Shown here: piece after piece, positions 61,052 through 64,000 of the stretch
Layout of the letters: each line of letters begins with the position of its first letter
Position numbering within the stretch: the first letter of the stretch is position 1
NCBI GenBank assembly: GCA_023409955.1
Contig: JAEYQQ010000131.1
Location: forward strand, 2,853-66,852
DNA: 64,000 bases
Direction of reading: 5' to 3'
Source of the DNA: Bacillota bacterium
GTDB lineage: Bacteria > Bacillota > Clostridia > Christensenellales > Aristaeellaceae
Notes under the pieces: model-generated
Seen by the model: the letters and a program-made list of their open reading frames with translations, nothing else
The model's database searches: none
What the model was told of the DNA's origin: nothing
Program-made: the position numbers and the translations under genes

Positions 61052-63205
61052 TTGAAGGTTTATACCTTTGCCTATGATTTGGGGCTTGATATGAAACCGG
61101 GCTCAGGGGAGCTCCGCTTTGACGAGCAGGGGAGTATTGCCCTTTGGTGGGAAGGAAACCAGTTGGATGCGTTTTCTGCTGAAGGGGTCAAGGAAGCTGC
61201 TGTCATTGCCGGAGTGGGCTGCGGTCAGTTATTTGTCACCATGGCGGATGATACAGAGAAGGTGCTTTGCCGCTTTACCATGTCCGGGCTCAAGGACGCC
61301 GGGGAATTTTGCAAGATCGTCAACTACTATGTACAGACCAAAATCCCCCTGATCCCGGATGAAAAGGAAGTGCATGTTTGCGAAACCTGCGGCCGGCCGC
61401 TGGTCGAGGGCATGAAGATATGCCTTTTCTGCTACAACAAGCGCGGCTTGCTAAAACGTACGGGAAAGCTGATGAAGCCTCATGCCAAGAAAATGATATC
61501 CTCTCAGCTGTTCATGACGCTTTCCTCTGTGCTGTATCTGTTGGTACCGCTGTTTAATAAGATACTCATCGACAATTACCTGCAGCCGCTTAAGGGCACC
61601 TTGGGTGATATACTTGCCCTGGGGCTGGGCATGCTGATGGCCAGGGTGCTGGGAGAAGTGATCTTTATTCTCAGCGCCAGGGTCTATAATCGCTCTACTG
61701 TGGCATTCTCCAATGAACTTCGTACCATGACCTATGACAAGGTGCAAAAGCTCTCCATGACATCCCTTGCCAAGCGTACCCCCGGTGATCTCATCCGCCG
61801 GATCATGGAGGATACAAACACCATCAAGGATTTCATGACCGACGCAGGACGCTGGGCAGTGGAGCAGAGCATCACCTTTGTGGTGGTAATGACGGTTCTG
61901 CTGTTAACCAATTGGAAGATGGCCTTGCTGGTCTTCCTGCCTGTGCCTATCGTTATGGTGGTACTGTCCAGGTTCTGGAAGTATATCCACGTACGGTATG
62001 AGCGGCAGTGGCGGAAAAATTCCAGGTGCCAGTCCATCCTCCATGACATCATACGAGGCATCCGTACCGTAAAGGCCTTTGGCAATGAGGATATCGAGAT
62101 CGCCAAGTTCTCCAAAGCCACAAAGGAGTTGGCGCAGGTATCCTCCGATAATGAGGCCATGTGGTCGATTCTGTTCCCCAGCATCACCTTCTTCACAGGC
62201 ATTGGTGAGTTCCTGGTGCTATACTTTGGCGGCCAGGCTGTGCTTGGCGGAACCATGAGCATTGGTACGCTGACCCTGTTTGTGATGTATATCAACTATA
62301 TCTATGCACCCCTTCGCTGGTTGGTATCTTTCCCGCGGTGGCTGGCGGATGCCATGACCTCCATGGTGAAGGTCTTTGAGGTGCTGGATGAGGAGCCGGA
62401 TATTGCGGAAAAGGATACCGTAAACAATGTGCCCATCTCCGGCAGTGTTGCCTTCGATGGTGTAACCTTTGGTTACAAATCCTACGAGCCGGTTTTGAAG
62501 GATGTAAGCCTTACCATTAACCCCGGTGAGATGGTGGGCATTGTAGGCCGCTCGGGAACGGGCAAATCCACCCTGATTAACATGCTCATGCGACTGTATG
62601 ACCCCAATACCGGTAAGATTTCCATCAACGGTGCAGATTTGCGGGATATGTCCCCCCGGCACCTGCACGAGAACATTGGCGTTGTATTCCAGGATTCCTT
62701 CCTGTTTGCTGGCACCATATTCGACAACGTAGCTTATGGTAAGCCTGATGCCACACCCGAAGAAGTCATCGCAGCATGTAAGGCTGCCAATGCCCATGAC
62801 TTCATCATGCAAACAGCGGACGGCTATAACACCCTGCTTGGTGAAGGCGGACATACCATTTCCGGCGGTGAGCGCCAGCGGTTGGCCATTGCACGGGCGA
62901 TTATTAAAAACCCGGATGTATTGATTCTGGATGAAGCCACCAGCTCCCTGGATGTGGAAACCGAATCCTCCATTCAACAAAGCCTTAACAACTTAACCAA
63001 AGGCCGCACAACAGTGGCCATTGCCCATAGGCTTTCTACCCTGCGCAGCGCAAACCATCTTCTTGTGCTGGATAAAGGACGGGTAGCTGAGGTGGGTACC
63101 CATGTGGAGCTGCTGAAGAAAAAGGGCATCTATTACAAGCTGGTAATGGCTCAGCGGCAAACCAGTAAGCTTTCCAAGGATGAAAACATCAGTGCCGCTG
63201 GTTAA
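61052..63205 (+). CDS. ABC exporter half-transporter (TMD-NBD) with about 150-aa N-terminal soluble domain ending in a zinc ribbon
   Basis: TTG 61052 eight nt after AGGAG (ATG 61091 alternative; track 61010); CETCG-x10-CLFC; GRSGTGKST, ISGGERQR, VLILDEAT. Confidence 0.9.
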   Translation: MKVYTFAYDLGLDMKPGSGELRFDEQGSIALWWEGNQLDAFSAEGVKEAAVIAGVGCGQLFVTMADDTEKVLCRFTMSGLKDAGEFCKIVNYYVQTKIPLIPDEKEVHVCETCGRPLVEGMKICLFCYNKRGLLKRTGKLMKPHAKKMISSQLFMTLSSVLYLLVPLFNKILIDNYLQPLKGTLGDILALGLGMLMARVLGEVIFILSARVYNRSTVAFSNELRTMTYDKVQKLSMTSLAKRTPGDLIRRIMEDTNTIKDFMTDAGRWAVEQSITFVVVMTVLLLTNWKMALLVFLPVPIVMVVLSRFWKYIHVRYERQWRKNSRCQSILHDIIRGIRTVKAFGNEDIEIAKFSKATKELAQVSSDNEAMWSILFPSITFFTGIGEFLVLYFGGQAVLGGTMSIGTLTLFVMYINYIYAPLRWLVSFPRWLADAMTSMVKVFEVLDEEPDIAEKDTVNNVPISGSVAFDGVTFGYKSYEPVLKDVSLTINPGEMVGIVGRSGTGKSTLINMLMRLYDPNTGKISINGADLRDMSPRHLHENIGVVFQDSFLFAGTIFDNVAYGKPDATPEEVIAACKAANAHDFIMQTADGYNTLLGEGGHTISGGERQRLAIARAIIKNPDVLILDEATSSLDVETESSIQQSLNNLTKGRTTVAIAHRLSTLRSANHLLVLDKGRVAEVGTHVELLKKKGIYYKLVMAQRQTSKLSKDENISAAG

Positions 63206-63220
63206 TGGAATCAAAGCGCA

Positions 63221-63254
63221 AAGGCTGTGGGGTGAATTGCTCCGCAGCTTTTTG
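63221..63254 (+). terminator. intrinsic terminator after ABC cassette
   Basis: GGCTGTGG-loop-CCGCAGCT (one G-T pair) then TTTTT. Confidence 0.6.
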
Positions 63255-63560
63255 CTTACCTCTTATTGATTCTGGAAATACATCTAAAACGTTTTATTGT
63301 CTAAAAGAAGCAGCCGCGTTTTGAGAATAATCATATTGAAACTATGGATGCTTCTGCTTTGCTTGGGATGTTCAATCAGGTCTGATATACACCAACAAAT
63401 ACGAATTGGACCATGAATGAATATGTTTTTTTCGATTTATACTGGTTAACTACTTGTTTTTCGAGAGTTTTCGCTGTATGATGCTAATAGGATTGAAGTG
63501 GAATTCTGCACAAAACCGAAAACGATTTCGATCATCCTGAGTAGCGGAGGTTGCACAGCA

Positions 63561-64000
63561 ATGTCGTATGGTTATTTTGACGATGCCAATAGGGAATATG
63601 TCATCTTAAGGCCGGATACGCCTTACCCCTGGATTAACTATCTGGGCAGTGAGGACTTTTTTTCGTTGCTATCCAATACATCCGGCGGGTATAGCTTTTA
63701 TAAGGATGCCAGGCTGCTTCGCCTGACCCGGTATCGCTACAACAACACGCCTGCCGATATGGGCGGCCACTACTACTACATCAAGGATGGCGAAAACGTT
63801 TGGAATCCTGGCTGGATGCCGGTTATGACAACCCTTGACCAGTATGAATGCCGTCATGGTCTTGGATATACCATTATCAAATCTGAAAAGAATGGCTTGA
63901 AAGCCAGGCAGACGGTACTGGTACCCAGGGGGAAAACTGCAGAAGTGACCCAATTGGTACTTGAGAACACAACAGACAGGGATAAGCAAGTCAGCCTGTT
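63561..64000 (+). CDS. GH94 cellobiose/chitobiose phosphorylase, 5' part (runs off window)
   Basis: open frame not in track (no stop before the window ends); GGAGG 10 nt before ATG; [62 protein letters not shown]. Confidence 0.85.
   Translation, partial: MSYGYFDDANREYVILRPDTPYPWINYLGSEDFFSLLSNTSGGYSFYKDARLLRLTRYRYNNTPADMGGHYYYIKDGENVWNPGWMPVMTTLDQYECRHGLGYTIIKSEKNGLKARQTVLVPRGKTAEVTQLVLENTTDRDKQVSL

Overview
This 64-kb window looks like ordinary chromosome from a Clostridia-like anaerobic Firmicute. That call rests on GC of roughly 50% by eye (not computed), AGGAGG-type ribosome binding sites, and the gene content: PFOR, a Na+-decarboxylase beta subunit, an AOR-family enzyme, and CgeB-like and DegV proteins. 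I call about 55 protein genes.

**Housekeeping genes:** nifJ/PFOR, polA, coaE, pfkA, cca, yhaM-like, dnaB and rplI.

**Transport genes:**
- a Fe3+/polyamine-type ABC importer
- zupT
- a CNNM/CorC-type protein
- azlCD
- an orphan family-5 substrate-binding protein
- OadB/OadG-like subunits

**Envelope and glycan genes:**
- an LCP-family protein
- an SLT lytic transglycosylase
- a protein with three PG_binding_1 repeats
- a PseB-like dehydratase
- two CgeB-like paralogs
- three GT-A-like glycosyltransferases

I recognised no rRNA, tRNA, CRISPR array, transposase, integrase or prophage genes, and no convincing defence or toxin-antitoxin system.

**Most unusual loci:**
1. 57.7-63.2 kb holds a promoter, a 33-codon leader ORF and an intrinsic terminator. 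These precede a three-gene cassette of two ABC exporter half-transporters. Each carries an extra N-terminal soluble domain with a zinc ribbon, and they flank a DUF1854-like small protein.
2. 24.5-24.85 kb is a non-coding island dense in hairpins. Its core unit recurs at 38.5 kb with compensatory stem changes.
3. 26.4-30.15 kb is a YdhV/YdhX/YdhW-like, Tat-dependent AOR-family module. It is preceded by a leader that resembles a Moco/Tuco riboswitch with a mutually exclusive 13-bp terminator. It also contains two interleaved perfect 9-bp inverted repeats over an internal ribosome binding site.
4. 7.1-7.3 kb is a promoter-plus-terminator leader of unknown class upstream of the CNNM/CorC gene.

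All family assignments come from reading motifs and from memory. No database search was run. Start codons were chosen by ribosome binding site inspection and several remain uncertain.
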